NCBI GenBank assembly: GCA_963699445.1
Contig: CAVOTX010000004.1
Span: 81,219-145,218 of the forward strand
Direction: 5' to 3'
DNA: 64,000 bases
DNA from: an uncultured Planctomycetia bacterium
Lineage (GTDB): Bacteria; Planctomycetota; Planctomycetia; Pirellulales; PALSA-1355
Shown here one piece after another: positions 43,120 to 54,997 of the stretch. The notes under the pieces are model-generated. The model saw only the letters and a program-made list of their open reading frames with translations. It had not been told where the DNA came from and ran no database searches. The position numbers and the translations under genes were made by a program. The number at the start of each line of letters is the position of its first letter. Position 1 is the first letter of the stretch.

Positions 43120-44519
43120 ATGTTCACAATGGGCGGCAAACACGCGTGCCCACTCACGATCCGGCTTGTGCTCGGCGCGATGTCGCCGGCGCGCTGCTGG
43201 CGGGCGATGCCCGGGCACAGAATCGGCAGGACAAAGCCAGCGGCAAAGTCGTGGCCGTCTTGTCGGACGGAATCCGCATGAGCGGTGCGCTGAACACGTT
43301 CGTGTCGGTGGTGATCTCCAAGGATCGACTGGCCCAGTTCAATAAGGACAAAATCCTCAGCGTGACGATCAGCGGCGACGCCGAAGCCAGTTACCTGGCC
43401 AAAGATCAATACGTCTCGTTTACGGCCGAGTTGACGGGAGGCTATACCAGCACCGGCGAAGTGGACGAAGTGACCATCTTCACGGCGGATGATTCGCACC
43501 CGCTCGAGCTGATGGATACCAAGCCCGAACTGGACGATTCGGAATCGGGTGCCAAGCGCCCGGCGACGAATCGAACATCGACATATTTGGTTTCCGGTCA
43601 GGTTCAATCGTATCGCGACGGCCAGTTGATCGTGAAGGCTCCTAACGACCGCGGCCGGCAGTTGCAGGTCAAGGTGCGTCTGTCGGAAAATGCCGTGGTG
43701 AAAGTGCATGCCGCCGACTTCAGCATGGCCCGGCCCGGCGACATGATCGAGGTCGACGGCCTGACGCAGGATCCCGCCGGCCAGCTCGGAACGCTGGTCG
43801 CGGAAAAAGTGACGATCACCGGGGTCAAGCCATTCATGAACGCGAAGCGCGCCAAGGCGTTGGCCGCTGCCAAGCTGGCCGCACAGGTGGCCGCTCAAAA
43901 GCAAGAACGCAAACCGCGCTCGTCGAAGAATGCGGTGGTCGAGAGCGAGCCGGAGGCGGACGAAGCGGCGCCGGTGGCCGGCGCGGACGCCATGGAACCA
44001 GCGGCCGGCGCAGAACCGACCGCCAAGCCCGTTTCTCTGCGTCAAGCCGGCGATCCGCCGGCCGAAGGAATCATTCTGGTGGACGGATTTTCGGTGGATG
44101 ACAATTCGACCGGAGCGGGCGGAGTCGCGGCAGTGCACGTCGCGGCGCGGCACGGACAGGCGGCCGTGGTGGACTTGCTGCTTGAGGCGGGCGCCCTTCC
44201 CGAGGTGACGACGAAGTCCGGCGTCACGCCGCTGATGATCGCGGCCTGGCGGGGACAATTGAAGATCGTCAAGGCTCTGTTGGAAAAGGGGGTGCAGGTA
44301 TCTCCCACCGACAGCGAAGGGCAAACGGCCCTCATGTATGCGGCGGCCGGAGGCAATGCCGATGTCGTGCAAATGCTGCTCGATCACAACGCCCAGGCCA
44401 ACGCCAAGAGCAAGCGCGGCACGACCGCCCTCTCGGTGGCCTTGGATGGCAAGGAGCCGGCGGCGGTCGCCAAGCTGCGGCAGGCAGTGAAAAAATCGGC
44501 GCCTTCGCTGGATTTTTGA
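43120..44519 (+). CDS. Secreted ankyrin-repeat protein
   Basis: Starts MFTMGGKHACPLTIRLVLGAMS, with one frame break near ~43185. C-terminal ANK repeats include VHVAARHGQAAVVDLLLEAGA, TPLMIAAWRGQLKIVKALLEKG and TALMYAAAGGNADVVQMLLDHNA. Confidence 0.75.
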
Positions 44520-44602
44520 GCACGGGATTCTTGAGCCCGGTGCGCACAAGGTACGGCGCCAGATCTTACGGCGCCAGACCTTGCTGAGGACTGCCCCATC
44601 GA

Positions 44603-45914
44603 TTACCGACCGGTGTCGGCCGACTTGATCGGAGCGAGCGGCGCAGAGGTCTGGACGTTGGGATTGGCTCCGGCCTCGAGCAGCAGTTTTACGATCGGCG
44701 CGTTGCCGGCCTTGGCGGCCGACATCAGGGGCGTTTCTCCCAGGGCATCGGCCGCGTTGGGATTCGCTTTGGCGGCGAGCAGGGCTTTGACCAGGTCGGC
44801 CCGTCCCTTGATGACCGCCAATCGCAATACGGTTCGGCCGTCCTTGTTTTTGGCGCCCACATCCGCTCCGGCGGCAATCAGCTTTTGCACTGCGGCAGCG
44901 GTGCCGTCTGCTTCGATCGCCTCGAACAGGCCGGCCGAATTCGAGCGGCCGCGCGGCGCGGCGGGCCCTTTTGTCGATACCGAAGTCTTGGGCGCGTCGG
45001 CGTGCTCATCGTCCTCGAACATCGCATCGTCGCTGCTCGCATCGTCCTCGCGCTTGGCCGGCGGCTCCGCGGCCCTGTCGGCCACCAGCTCGACCGGCTT
45101 TTCCTCCGGCTCGGGCTGCTCGGCGACCTTCTGGCTTTCTTTGCCGCCTGGCGCATCGGCCGGCTGACGCAGAACGAGTGCGACAATTCCCGCTGCAGCG
45201 ATGACACCGACCAAGCCCAGCATGACCACCCAGGGCGGCGTCTGCTTTCGCTTGCGGCGTTTTGCTTTCACACCGGGCAGCGGTGCGCCCGTCAGCCCCG
45301 CGGACTTGTGGGCGCCGGACTTGTGCGGCTTGCCGATCGGCGTCAGGTCGGGCAGAGTGGTGATCCCTGCCGGCATATCCATGAGCGTGTCGATCGGTTC
45401 GGCCGGGGTGTCGGCCAGCGGCGGCGGCGATTCCACATCGGGTGGCTCGGCGAGCGGCAGCGTCTGGTTTCGCGGCGCATCCGCCGGGGGCGGCGCCGGC
45501 GGCGCGGGAACCTGCGTGTCACCCAGCGGCGCGGCCGTGGCAAGCGTGGCGGAGTTGGATCCGCGGTTTGACCGACGCACAGCAGCAGGCGGAGTGACCG
45601 GACTGGCCGGAGCCGCCTCAATCGGCGGCGCGCCGGTGGCGGCGCGTCAACCGCTGGTCGTAGGCCGCGCGGCGCTGCGGATCCATCAGGCACTGCCGCG
45701 CTTGGACGATTTCGGACAGCAGCTTCTTGGCTTCGGCCTGGTGCGGACCGGCGGCGCAGCTCTTGACGTAGACTGCCAGCCGTTTTGCGGCGGCATCGAT
45801 CACATCCGGATCGGACTCGAATAAGTCGATCGACAGCAGTCGATAGTGGTGCGGCGGTTGATCGCGGGGCGGAATGCCCAACCACTTATGATACGGATCG
45901 AACTTGTCGGCCAT
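44603..45914 (-). CDS. Degenerate J-domain-like N-terminus, TM helix and ankyrin repeats
   Basis: ORFs 45618..45914 (DPYHKWLGIPPRDQPPHHYRLLSIDLFESDPDVI...RRAAYDQRL, no HPD) and 44603..45580 join by one frame break near ~45610. TM helix WVVMLGLVGVIAAAGIVALVL. ANK repeats RTVLRLAVIKGRADLVKALLAAKA and TPLMSAAKAGNAPIVKLLLEAGA. Confidence 0.7.
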
Positions 45915-46302
45915 ATTCGGCCCGAGATCGTTTGCCTGGAACAGAAACTAATTCGCCCGAAATTCACCGGAACCGGAATCGTGCAAATCCCGCGGGGCGG
46001 AACCGATCGGACTTTCCGCGCTTGGCTGACATCGGCCTTGACGTTTTCGCCCGTTGCTCGTCGTCCACAAGTTACCTCAGTTTACTCATCGATCGCGGCG
46101 ATTGCGAGCAATTTGGCGGCGCTCGATAACAGGCCGTTTTGTCCCGTTGGGAACGGCTATTTTGCCGCCGATTTCTCTCTCGCCGCCGGATCTAACTACC
46201 GATCGGCGCTGGGCGTGCCATTGAAAAGAAGCTGAAAAGAAGCGGCCTCCTGCGGCGGATCGGTGAAAAAAGCGGGATCCCGTTCGCCAGGACCCAGCCG
46301 GG

Positions 46303-47070
46303 TCATTTCTCCAATCGAGGCGTGAGCACGAGCCGGACTTTGGTGCCCCGGGGCGGAATGTGTTCGGTGAACGCCTCGAAGAGCAAATCGGCGGTTCCTT
46401 GACTGCTCTCGATGGGCAGGTCGAGCATGGCGCCGGGAAAATTCGAGACGCAGATGAAGTCGCCCCCTTCGGCCTGGTAGTGCTTCTGCCCCTCCTCATC
46501 CTCGAAGAACCCGCTGCCGGCGAACACCCAAGTGTAGTCGAAGGGCTTCCTGCTGCGCAAATTGCGAATCCAATCCTGTGCCCGGGCGTGATGTTCCTTG
46601 CCTTGCTCGTCTTTCCAGATCAGCGTGATGTCGATCGGAGTGCCGGTCGCCGGCTCGTACTTGGGCTGAAAGCGGACCGGACTGCCCGCCTTGGCGCCGA
46701 CGGCCAGCAACCCCGCATGGACGGCGAAGGCCTTCGAATCGACCGCGATGATCGATTCGTGTTCTTTGGTTCCTTTGAGACAGGCCAGCATTTCCAGGGT
46801 TCCGGCCCGCAGACACACGACGCCGTCCATCACCAAGCGTTTGTTCTTGGGATCGATCCACACGTCGGCGTCCGGCTGCAGGCGTTTCATGCCGGGCGGA
46901 TCTTTCGACAGCGATTTTTTCGTGCCCTCGGGCCTCGTGGCCTCGGGACCGGCAGCGTCCGGAGTGGCCAGGTCGTCGTCCGGCGCGTCTTCGGCGGGGG
47001 CCAAGCCCGACCAGGCCAGGGCCATCGACAACAACAATCCACTTGCAATGACCAGCGGCATACGCGGCAT
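46303..47070 (-). CDS. Secreted conserved hypothetical protein
   Basis: Intact from MPRMPLVIASGLLLSMALAWSGLAPA (signal peptide) to ...VRLVLTPRLEK. Composition is protein-like throughout. Confidence 0.6.
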   Translation of the reverse strand: MPRMPLVIASGLLLSMALAWSGLAPAEDAPDDDLATPDAAGPEATRPEGTKKSLSKDPPGMKRLQPDADVWIDPKNKRLVMDGVVCLRAGTLEMLACLKGTKEHESIIAVDSKAFAVHAGLLAVGAKAGSPVRFQPKYEPATGTPIDITLIWKDEQGKEHHARAQDWIRNLRSRKPFDYTWVFAGSGFFEDEEGQKHYQAEGGDFICVSNFPGAMLDLPIESSQGTADLLFEAFTEHIPPRGTKVRLVLTPRLEK

Positions 47071-47242
47071 GAAATGAACCCGGTTTGAGGTGATCGGCAC
47101 GTTGCGCACCGTGGGGGCGTCCCCCAGGCGGCGCTGCGGGCCACGGCAAAGTGCGAGGCGAACGGCCGAGGAAAAAAGACGGCAAAAAAATCGGCGAGGC
47201 CAACACGCACGCTCGGCCTTCAATTGGTAAGATACCCGGTTC

Positions 47243-49092
47243 TTGGTCAAACGTCCAACCGACTCTCCGAGGCCTATGAGCACGACTGAAACAAATTTGG
47301 GAATCGACAGCGAGTCCGGCCTGATGTCCCCCGCCAGCGGCGAAATTTGGACTCGCCGGGCGCCGCGGTCGCTGGCCAAGCGTTACGGTCGCATCGACGA
47401 TGCTGCCGGTTGGCAACACTGGTGCAAATACCTGCCCACTCGCCGCAATCCGCCGGCCATCCGCAAGCTGTTCCCGGGGCAGCGATCGCCGCTATTGTGG
47501 GCCATGCCTGCCGATCCGGCCGGTTCGGCTACGGCCGAGCTCGTCGAACGGCTGCGCGATCTGGCCCGGCGACCGCCGGCCGCCGCATCGCAGGCCGGCC
47601 TGGCCACCGAGGTAGAAAACTGGCTCTGGTCGTGCGACGCGGCAGAGCGATCGGCCACCTGGGCCCTGGAAACCTTGGCCTGGGCCCAGGCCCTGCCCTG
47701 CCTGGCCGGTGCGCTGCGGCGCCGGCGCCTGGTGGCGGCTACTCGAGCGGTTGATCGCACTGGTGCATGAAGGAGGTCGCACCGATGTTTTGACCGAGCC
47801 GCTCGTCAACCAGATCCTGGCTGGCGAGCTGCCGTTGACCTTGGCTTACCAATTCCCGGAACTGACCCTTTGCCAATCGTTGCAACCGTCGGCCCGGACC
47901 GTGCTCGCACGCGGAATGACCGAGATCCTCGACGGCGAAGGCCTGCCGCAGGGCATTTATTTTTCCATTCTGCGGCCGCTCCTGGCCTGCTGGACTCGCT
48001 GTCGCGCGATCGGCGGCAAGGCAACTTGGGATCGGGAGAGCGAGAAACAATTCCGCCTGCTCGCGCTGGAAGCCATCCGGTTGTCTCGCAGCGACGGGAC
48101 TCAGGTGCTGTGCCAGGGCGAGGCCGCCACCAGGACGCCAAGATTGTTCGAACTGGCCCTGCAGCTCATCGACCGCAAGCCGCTGGCCAAAACGGCCGCC
48201 CGCATGTTGCCGTCGCTCAATACCCGGGCAGCATCGCGCGGCCGTATCAAGGCGGCGCCGGCCGTCAATTCCGAATGGGCCGAAGTCGCGGTGCTGCAAC
48301 CCGCCTGGCGGCGCGGCGGCCCCAAGCTGTCGCTGGTCTACACAGAGCGGCGCGTGCAAATCGAACTGGAATATCGCGCCGAGCTGATCTGGTCGGGCAG
48401 CTGGGATCTGGAACTTGCTCTCGACGGCGCCCCGGCCGAAATCGTCTCGAATTGGGAAGAGGTCTGCTGGGTGTCGGACGACGACGTCGATTACCTGGAA
48501 ATCGAAGCCAGGCTCGCCGGCGGCCTCACCGTGCAGCGGCAAGTGCTGCTGGCCCGGCAGGATCGCTGCCTGCTGCTGGCCGACGCCATCGTCGGGCCGC
48601 GGCGGGCCCGCATCGAATATCGCAGCAGTTTGCCGCTGGCCGCCGCGGTCGAAGCGGAACCGGCCGCGGAAACGCGCGAAGTCTGGCTGGCCGGACGCCG
48701 GGCACGACTGGCCGCCTTGCCCCTGGCGCTGCCGGAATGGCGCACCGATCCGCGCCGCGGCGAATTGACCCAGCTCGACGGCAAGCTGAGTCTGCATCAG
48801 TCGGCCGACGCCCAACGCTTGTACGCCGCCCTTGCTGCTGGATCTCGATGCACAGCGGGCGGCCCAAGGACTCACCTGGCGACAATTGACCGTCGCCGAG
48901 TCGCGGCAGATCCAGCCGGCCGACGTCGCCGTGGGGTATCGGGCCCAAGCCGGCAAGACGCAATGGATGCTTTATCGTTCGCTGGCGGCGACCGGCATCC
49001 GCACGGTGCTCGGGCAGAACCTGTCCACCGAGTTCTTGTTCGGGCGGTTCCGCCGCAATGGCGAAGTTGACCGGATGGTCGAAATCGAGTGA
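47243..49092 (+). CDS. Large hypothetical protein (~600 aa), possibly a heparinase II/III-like fold
   Basis: Coding-like sequence runs through ORFs 47243.., 47709..49070 and 48832..49092, so at least 2 frame breaks. The start is uncertain (an ATG at 47276 is also possible). The fold suggestion comes only from overall resemblance to that family. Confidence 0.45.
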
Positions 49093-49101
49093 AGATCCGC
49101 G

Positions 49102-49824
49102 ATGAGCGACGTCGAGCGCAGGCTGAGCGAGAATCTGGCCCGCCTGCGCGAGCGAATCGCCGCCGCCGCGCAAGTTTCCGGCCGCCCGGCCGAGGCCGTC
49201 ACGCTGGTTGCCGCGACGAAATATCTGTCGGCAGAGCTGGCGCGGAAAGTCGCACTGGCCGGCTGCGACGATCTGGGGGAAAGCCGCCCTCAGGAACTTT
49301 GGTCGAAAGCCGCCGCGCTTGCCGATTTGCCGGTGCGCTGGCACTTCATCGGCCACTTGCAGCGCAATAAAATCCGCCGCACGCTGCCTTCTGTGACGCT
49401 GCTGCATTCGGTCGATAGCAGCCGACTGTTGGCGGCCGTCAGCGAAGAGGCTGTCGCGCTGGGGCGAATCGTGCCCATCCTGCTGGAAGTCAATATTTCC
49501 GGCGAAGCCAACAAGCACGGCTTCGCGCCCGCCGAACTCGAGCCGCTCCTGGACGGCTGGCCGAATTATCCTGGCCTGCAAGTCCGCGGGTTGATGGGAA
49601 TGGCCGGTTTGGCCGGCGGGGCGGCGGCCGCGGAACGCGATTTTGCTCGCCTGCGCGCGGTGCGGGACCGGCTCGCCCAAAGCCTGCCGCCTGGTGTTTC
49701 GCTGGGCGAGCTATCGATGGGCATGAGCGACGACTTTGAGCCCGCGATCCGCCAAGGCGCCACGTTGGTGCGAATCGGCTCGTGCGCTGAGCGAGGGCAT
49801 CCAGGCCGGCGCGGAAATTCCATG
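49102..49824 (+). CDS. yggS: YggS-family pyridoxal-phosphate homeostasis protein
   Basis: VTLVAATKY, WHFIGHLQRNK, EVNISGEANKHG, LMGMA, LSMGMSDDFEPAI and VRIGS. The C-terminus is reached after one frame break near ~49780. Confidence 0.85.
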
Positions 49825-49886
49825 AACCGGCCCGAATCGACTTCGATCGCCATCGCCCCCCCATGCCGATGGCGTAATCCTGACGC

Positions 49887-50368
49887 CTAGTCGTCGAAGC
49901 GAATGCTTAGAATCTCGAAGCTCGCATGGTCCCACCGGGTGCGGGGATCTCTACCTTCTCGCCGACTTTCTTGCCGAGCAAGCCCTGCGCCAGCGGGCTG
50001 GTGACCAGGATCTTGCCCACGTCGTAATCCTCTTCGCCGGCGCCGACCATGACGAATGCCTCTTCGTCGCCGAATTCGAGATCCTTCACGATCACGGTGG
50101 CCCCAAACACGACCTCGTCGCGGGGAAGCTTCGACGTATCCACCAGCACCGCGCACGACAGCTTGTCGCGCAGCAGGTTGATGCGAGCCTGTAGCAAACC
50201 CTGCGATTCGCGGGCGCCGTGGTACTCGGCGTTTTCGCTCAAGTCCCCCTCGCTGCGGGCAGCTGCCACGCGATTCGAGATGGCCGGCATCTGCACGGAT
50301 TCCATTTCTTCCAGTTCGGCCCGCAGCTTCTCGTAACCGGTGCGGGTGATGGGTACCATGTCGCTCAT
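49887..50368 (-). CDS. greA: Transcription elongation factor GreA
   Basis: Starts MSDMVPITRTGYEKLRAELEEM. Also AAARSEGDLSENAEYHGARE and SPLAQGLLGKKVGEKVEI. The last ~12 aa are reached after one frame break. Confidence 0.9.
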
Positions 50369-50713
50369 ATCCGTCTTTCCGCTCCAGATTTTCCCTAAGC
50401 GCAAAAAATTCGGTCCCCCACCAGCGGAGACCTAACGCGATATTTTGTTCGATCCGAGCCGGTCTGTAAAGCCGGAAGCGCGGCGCGAGGGAGCGATTTG
50501 AAGCGGCCTGCGTCCCCTGAACCCCACCGCTGGCGACCGGCGAGGGAATGTGCCGCTGGAGGCGGTTTCTCGCGACCGCAAGAAGTCTTGCGGCCTGCAT
50601 CGCCGCGGCGCGGGCCTCGCTTTCGGGCCACTGGTTGCCGGGCTTTCGCTCTCAGGCCGGCTCGGGTTAAGATGGCAACGCGACTCGAGAACTTTTTCGG
50701 CAAAAGAGGTTGC

Positions 50714-51272
50714 ATGCACGCCTGGCACGATATCTATATCGATGACGCCCTGATCGAAAAGACCTTCCCCGTGGTGGTCGAAGTGCCGATGGGGAGCAAG
50801 AACAAGTACGAGCTGGACAAGGAAACCGGTTTCTTGCGGCTCGACCGCGTGCTGTACAGCGCGGTCCATTATCCGGCCAACTACGGGTTCATCCCGCGCA
50901 CGTTTTGCGACGACGGCGACCCGCTCGATGCACTGGTGCTGGCGCAGGAGGAAGTCCACCCGCTAACGATCGTCGAGACGCGGCATCGGCGTGATGCGGA
51001 TGCGCGACGAGAAGGGCATCGACGACAAGATCATCGCCATCAGCCAGAGCGATCCGGCTTTTTGCGAATACACGCACCACGACCAATTGCCCGAGTACCT
51101 GGTCCGCGAGATCAAGCGGTTCTTCCAGGACTACAAGGTGCTCGAACACAAACAGGTCGAGGTGGAGGATTTCATGGGCCCCAGCGAAGCCTGCCGGATC
51201 ATTCGCGAGGCGCTCGACATGTATCGCCAATTGCGCCGCGGCGAGTTGGGGCACCGCTCGGCAAAGCATTGA
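50714..51272 (+). CDS. ppa: Inorganic pyrophosphatase, family I
   Basis: VVVEVPMGSKNKYELDKETG, YPANYGFIPRTFCDDGDPLDALV, then MRMRDEKGIDDKIIAI after one frame break near ~50975. Confidence 0.9.
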
Positions 51273-51360
51273 GCGAACGGAGGGAAAAGGCGGAAGGAAG
51301 ATGGATGAAGGCGGAATGGGAAACGCTTCATCTTCCATCGTTCGTCCTGCCGCCTTCACC

Positions 51361-53202
51361 ATGCCTGCCGATCACTGCCAACTCGGCGCCTGCCTGCGGC
51401 CGGAAGGCGGAGCGCACTTTCTCGTCTGGGCGCCGCATGCCGCGCGCGTCGACGTGCGGCTGCTGGACGATCCGCGGCGCACCGTGCCGCTTGCGCCTGG
51501 CGGAGACGGATACTGGGCCGCCCTGGTCGAGCCCGCCGCGCGCGGCAGCCGTTATCTCTATCTCCTGGACGGCCGGCTCGAGCGGCCGGATCCGGCATCG
51601 CGATTTCAACCCGACGGAGTCCACGGGCCCAGCGCCTTGGTCGATCCGACGTTCGATTGGCACGATGCCGGCTGGCGCGGCCTGAAGCTGCGCGACCTGG
51701 TGGTCTACGAGCTGCACATCGGCACGTTCTCGCCGGCCGGCACGTTTCAAGGACTGATCGAAGCGCTGGACGAACTGGCCGATTTGGGCGTCACGGCCAT
51801 CGAGCTGATGCCGGTGGCGCAATTCCCGGGCAGCCGCAATTGGGGATACGATGGCGTTTATCCGTTCGCAGTGCAGGACAGCTATGGCGGCCCGGGCGAA
51901 TTCAAGCGGCTGGTCGATGCCTGCCATCGCGCGGCCTGGGCGTGATTCTGGACGTGGTCTACAACCACCTGGGGCCGGAGGGGAACTATCTGGCCGATTT
52001 CGGGCCTTATTTCACGTCCAGGCACCAAACGCCGTGGGGTCCGGCGCTGAATTTCGAGGGGCCGGACAGCGATCCGGTCCGCCGGTTCTTCATCGACAAC
52101 GCCCTGATGTGGGTGCGCGAGTTTCATGTCGACGCGCTGCGGCTGGACGCCATCCATGCCATCGTCGATCAGTCGGCGCAACCCTTTCTGGCAGAACTGG
52201 CCGACGCCGTGCGCTCGGCGGCCGGCGAACTCGGCCGCCCGGTCTGGCTGATCGCGGAAAACAATCGCAACGATCCGCGAATCTTCCGGCCGGCGGCCGA
52301 CGGCGGCTACGGGCTCGACGCTCAGTGGCTCGACGATTTCGGTCGAGCAGTCGAGGGCCTGCTCACGGGCGAGCGGGCCGGATTCTATGCCGATTTTGGC
52401 CGCCTGGGCGATCTGGCAAAAGCCTGGCGCAGCGGCTACGTGCTCAGCGGCCAGCATTCGACCTATCGGCGGCGACGGCACGGGGTCGGGTCGGATGACG
52501 TCCCGTGCGAACGGTTTCTGGCCTACGCCCAGTGTCACGATCAAGTCGGCAATCGCCCCCAAAGCGACCGCTTGAGCACGCTCGCCGATTTCGGGCAGCT
52601 CAAACTGGCCGCGGCCGCACTGCTCTTGTCGCCCTATCCTCCGCTGCTGTTCATGGGCGAGGAATACGGCGAACCGGCGCCGTTCCACTATTTCATCAGC
52701 CATCTCGATCCGGACCTGGTGGAGCGCGTGCGCCCCGGCCGGCGGCAAGAGTTCGCCGCCTTTCACTGGCAGGCGGACTTCGCCGACCCGCAGGCCGAGA
52801 GCACGTTCGCGGCGTCGAAGCTCGACCGGGCCTTGCGCCACACGAGCCGTCACCGCGTGCTGTGGGATTATTATCGCGAGTTGCTGCGATTGCGACGCGA
52901 GCTCGCGCCGCTCGGAGCGGCGCTGCGCCGGCAGCCGGGTCGAGTCGTCGGAAGAACCTCGTCTGCTGCTATCGACTCGCCATACAGGCGCCGTCGAGAT
53001 TGCGATTCTGCTGCACTTCGCCGCCCAACACGTCGTGGTCCCTCCCGCGCCATGGTTGGCGGGCCGGCCCTGGCACAAACGATTCGATAGCTGCGAGCCG
53101 CGCTGGGCGTCAACCGGCTCATTGTCGCCCGATCGCTGGGAGCCCGCCGCCGGCTTGCCGCTGGGCCCGTGGGCGGCGGTGCTCTACCAGCGAGATCGAT
53201 GA
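51361..53202 (+). CDS. treZ: Malto-oligosyltrehalose trehalohydrolase (GH13)
   Basis: VVYELHIGTFS, GVILDVVYNHLGPEGNY, HVDALRLDAIHAI, WLIAENNRND and QCHDQVGNR. At least 2 frame breaks (~51940 and ~52940). Confidence 0.8.
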
Positions 53203-53459
53203 AACCGCGGCCGCGTTGGCCGGTGCAACCACGGCTCGGACAAATCTCGCAGTGCTCGCCAAGGACCGGCCGTGGGGGGACGAACTGACGAGAGTCGGAC
53301 GGATACCAGCGGAAGTCGGGACTTTTTCTCCAGTTCTGGTTTGACTGCCAGGCGGGCCGCCATTACGATCGACCATTGAGCAAGTCGTTTGCCCAAGTTC
53401 GGGCGATAGCAAGGGACGTGGGGGAAGTGCCGTTGCCAGGCACGCCGCGAGCGTACTCA

Positions 53460-54538
53460 ATGGACCCACAGGCTGGTGCAATGCCACTGACGGACCATGC
53501 CATGATCGCCCGGCGAATCCAGCCCCGCTGGGTCGTGGCCAGGCAGTGCGCCGCCAGGCGGTGGCGTGCTTTTACGCTGGTGGAGTTGCTGGTCGTGATT
53601 GCGATCATCGGCTTGCTGATCGCGCTGTTGCTGCCGGCCGTGCAGGCGGCCCGCGAAGCGGCCCGGCGTTCGCAATGTGCGAACAACATGCGGCAAGTCG
53701 ATTTCGGCGCTGCTCAATCACGTCGCCGCGCACGGCGTTTCCGCGCGGTACTTATAACGTGATCGATTGCCTGACGTGCAGCCTGCCGACCAGCGGTCCG
53801 ACTCAAGATCGGCACAGTTGGATGCCGGAGCTGCTCCCCTATCTGGAAGAAGAACCCCTGTTCGAGCAATTCTTCAATTTCATGAATGCGGGAGGCTCGG
53901 CGCTCAATTTTCCGCTGAACATCAGCATCATCACGCCGATGATGTGTCCCGACGATCCGCTGGGCCCCAAGCTGCAAACCTACAACAGCGGCGGGGGCAA
54001 CGGCAATGGGGTGACCAACTCGCAGGGATTCTCGGGCAATATGGTGGTCTGCGTGGGCAACAGTTATGAGAACCCGGGCGCCGATGCCAACAGCACGAAT
54101 CCCTTGATGGTCAACGGCATCATGTACGCGCGATCGCAAACGAAGATGAAAGACATCCTCGACGGCAGCAGCCATACGGCGCTGGTCAGCGAGATCATTC
54201 TTTCGGCTGATGCGATCGACAACGACATCCGCGGCCGCTACTACAATCCGTCGCATGGCGGCGTGCTGTTCAGCACGCTGTATCCGCCGAACACCAGCGT
54301 GCCGGATCAGGTGGATTGGTGCTCCGCGGCCCCGGCGAAGACGGCTCCCTGCATTCCATCGCAAGGAGCCGATCTGGGCAACCTGTACATGTCGGCTCGC
54401 AGTTACCATCCGGGCGGAGTCAATCTGGCCCTGGCCGACGGTTCGCGTGCGATTCATCGCCGACGAAATCTCGCCCGTCGCTTACAATGCAATCGGCAGC
54501 CGCAACGGCAGCGAACAGATCGACTCACGAATTTCTAA
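53460..54538 (+). CDS. DUF1559 protein with a prepilin-type N-terminal methylation motif
   Basis: [44 protein letters not shown]. The C-terminal motif is [19 protein letters not shown]. At least 3 frame breaks. Confidence 0.8.
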
Positions 54539-54569
54539 CGCGCTCCCTGAGACGCTCTCGATCGCCCGC

Positions 54570-54974
54570 ATGAAGCTCCGCCACTGCTTGATGCTGCCTG
54601 TGTTGCTCCTGTCTGTCGCCGGCTGCGGACAACCCGGGCCCGGCCAACTACAAAGTGGTGGGCACGGTCAAATGGAAAGGGGAGCCGGTCGAGAAAGGGG
54701 ACATCATTTTCCAGCCGTTCGACCGCGAAACGCAGCCGAGGCGGCCAAGATCATCGGCGGAAAGTATCGTTGCGGATTGGCGCCGGCAAGATGAAGGTGC
54801 AAATCTTCGCCAGCCGCGATCTGCCGGGCAAGATCAACCCAGACATGAAGCTCGCCCGTTCTCGAGCATTACATTCCGCCCGAATTCAACCGGCGGACGA
54901 CGCTCGAGGCCGAAGTGCTGCCCAGCGATGACAACAATTTGTCGTTCGATCTGCCACCGCAGATTGCCCGTTGA
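54570..54974 (+). CDS. Small lipoprotein downstream of DUF1559, possibly a carboxypeptidase-regulatory-like beta-sandwich
   Basis: MKLRHCLMLPVLLLSVAGC carries a lipobox, followed by VVGTVKWKGEPVEKGDIIFQPFD. At least 2 frame breaks. The fold guess is weak. Confidence 0.5.
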
Positions 54975-54997
54975 TCGAGCTCGATCGCGGCGGAAAG

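Noticed and set aside
46132-46165. Hairpin GCCGTT...AACGGC followed by TATTTTG, considered as a terminator
   Set aside because: No plus-strand gene ends upstream of it. On the minus strand the T-run is on the wrong side, so its orientation fits neither neighbouring gene.
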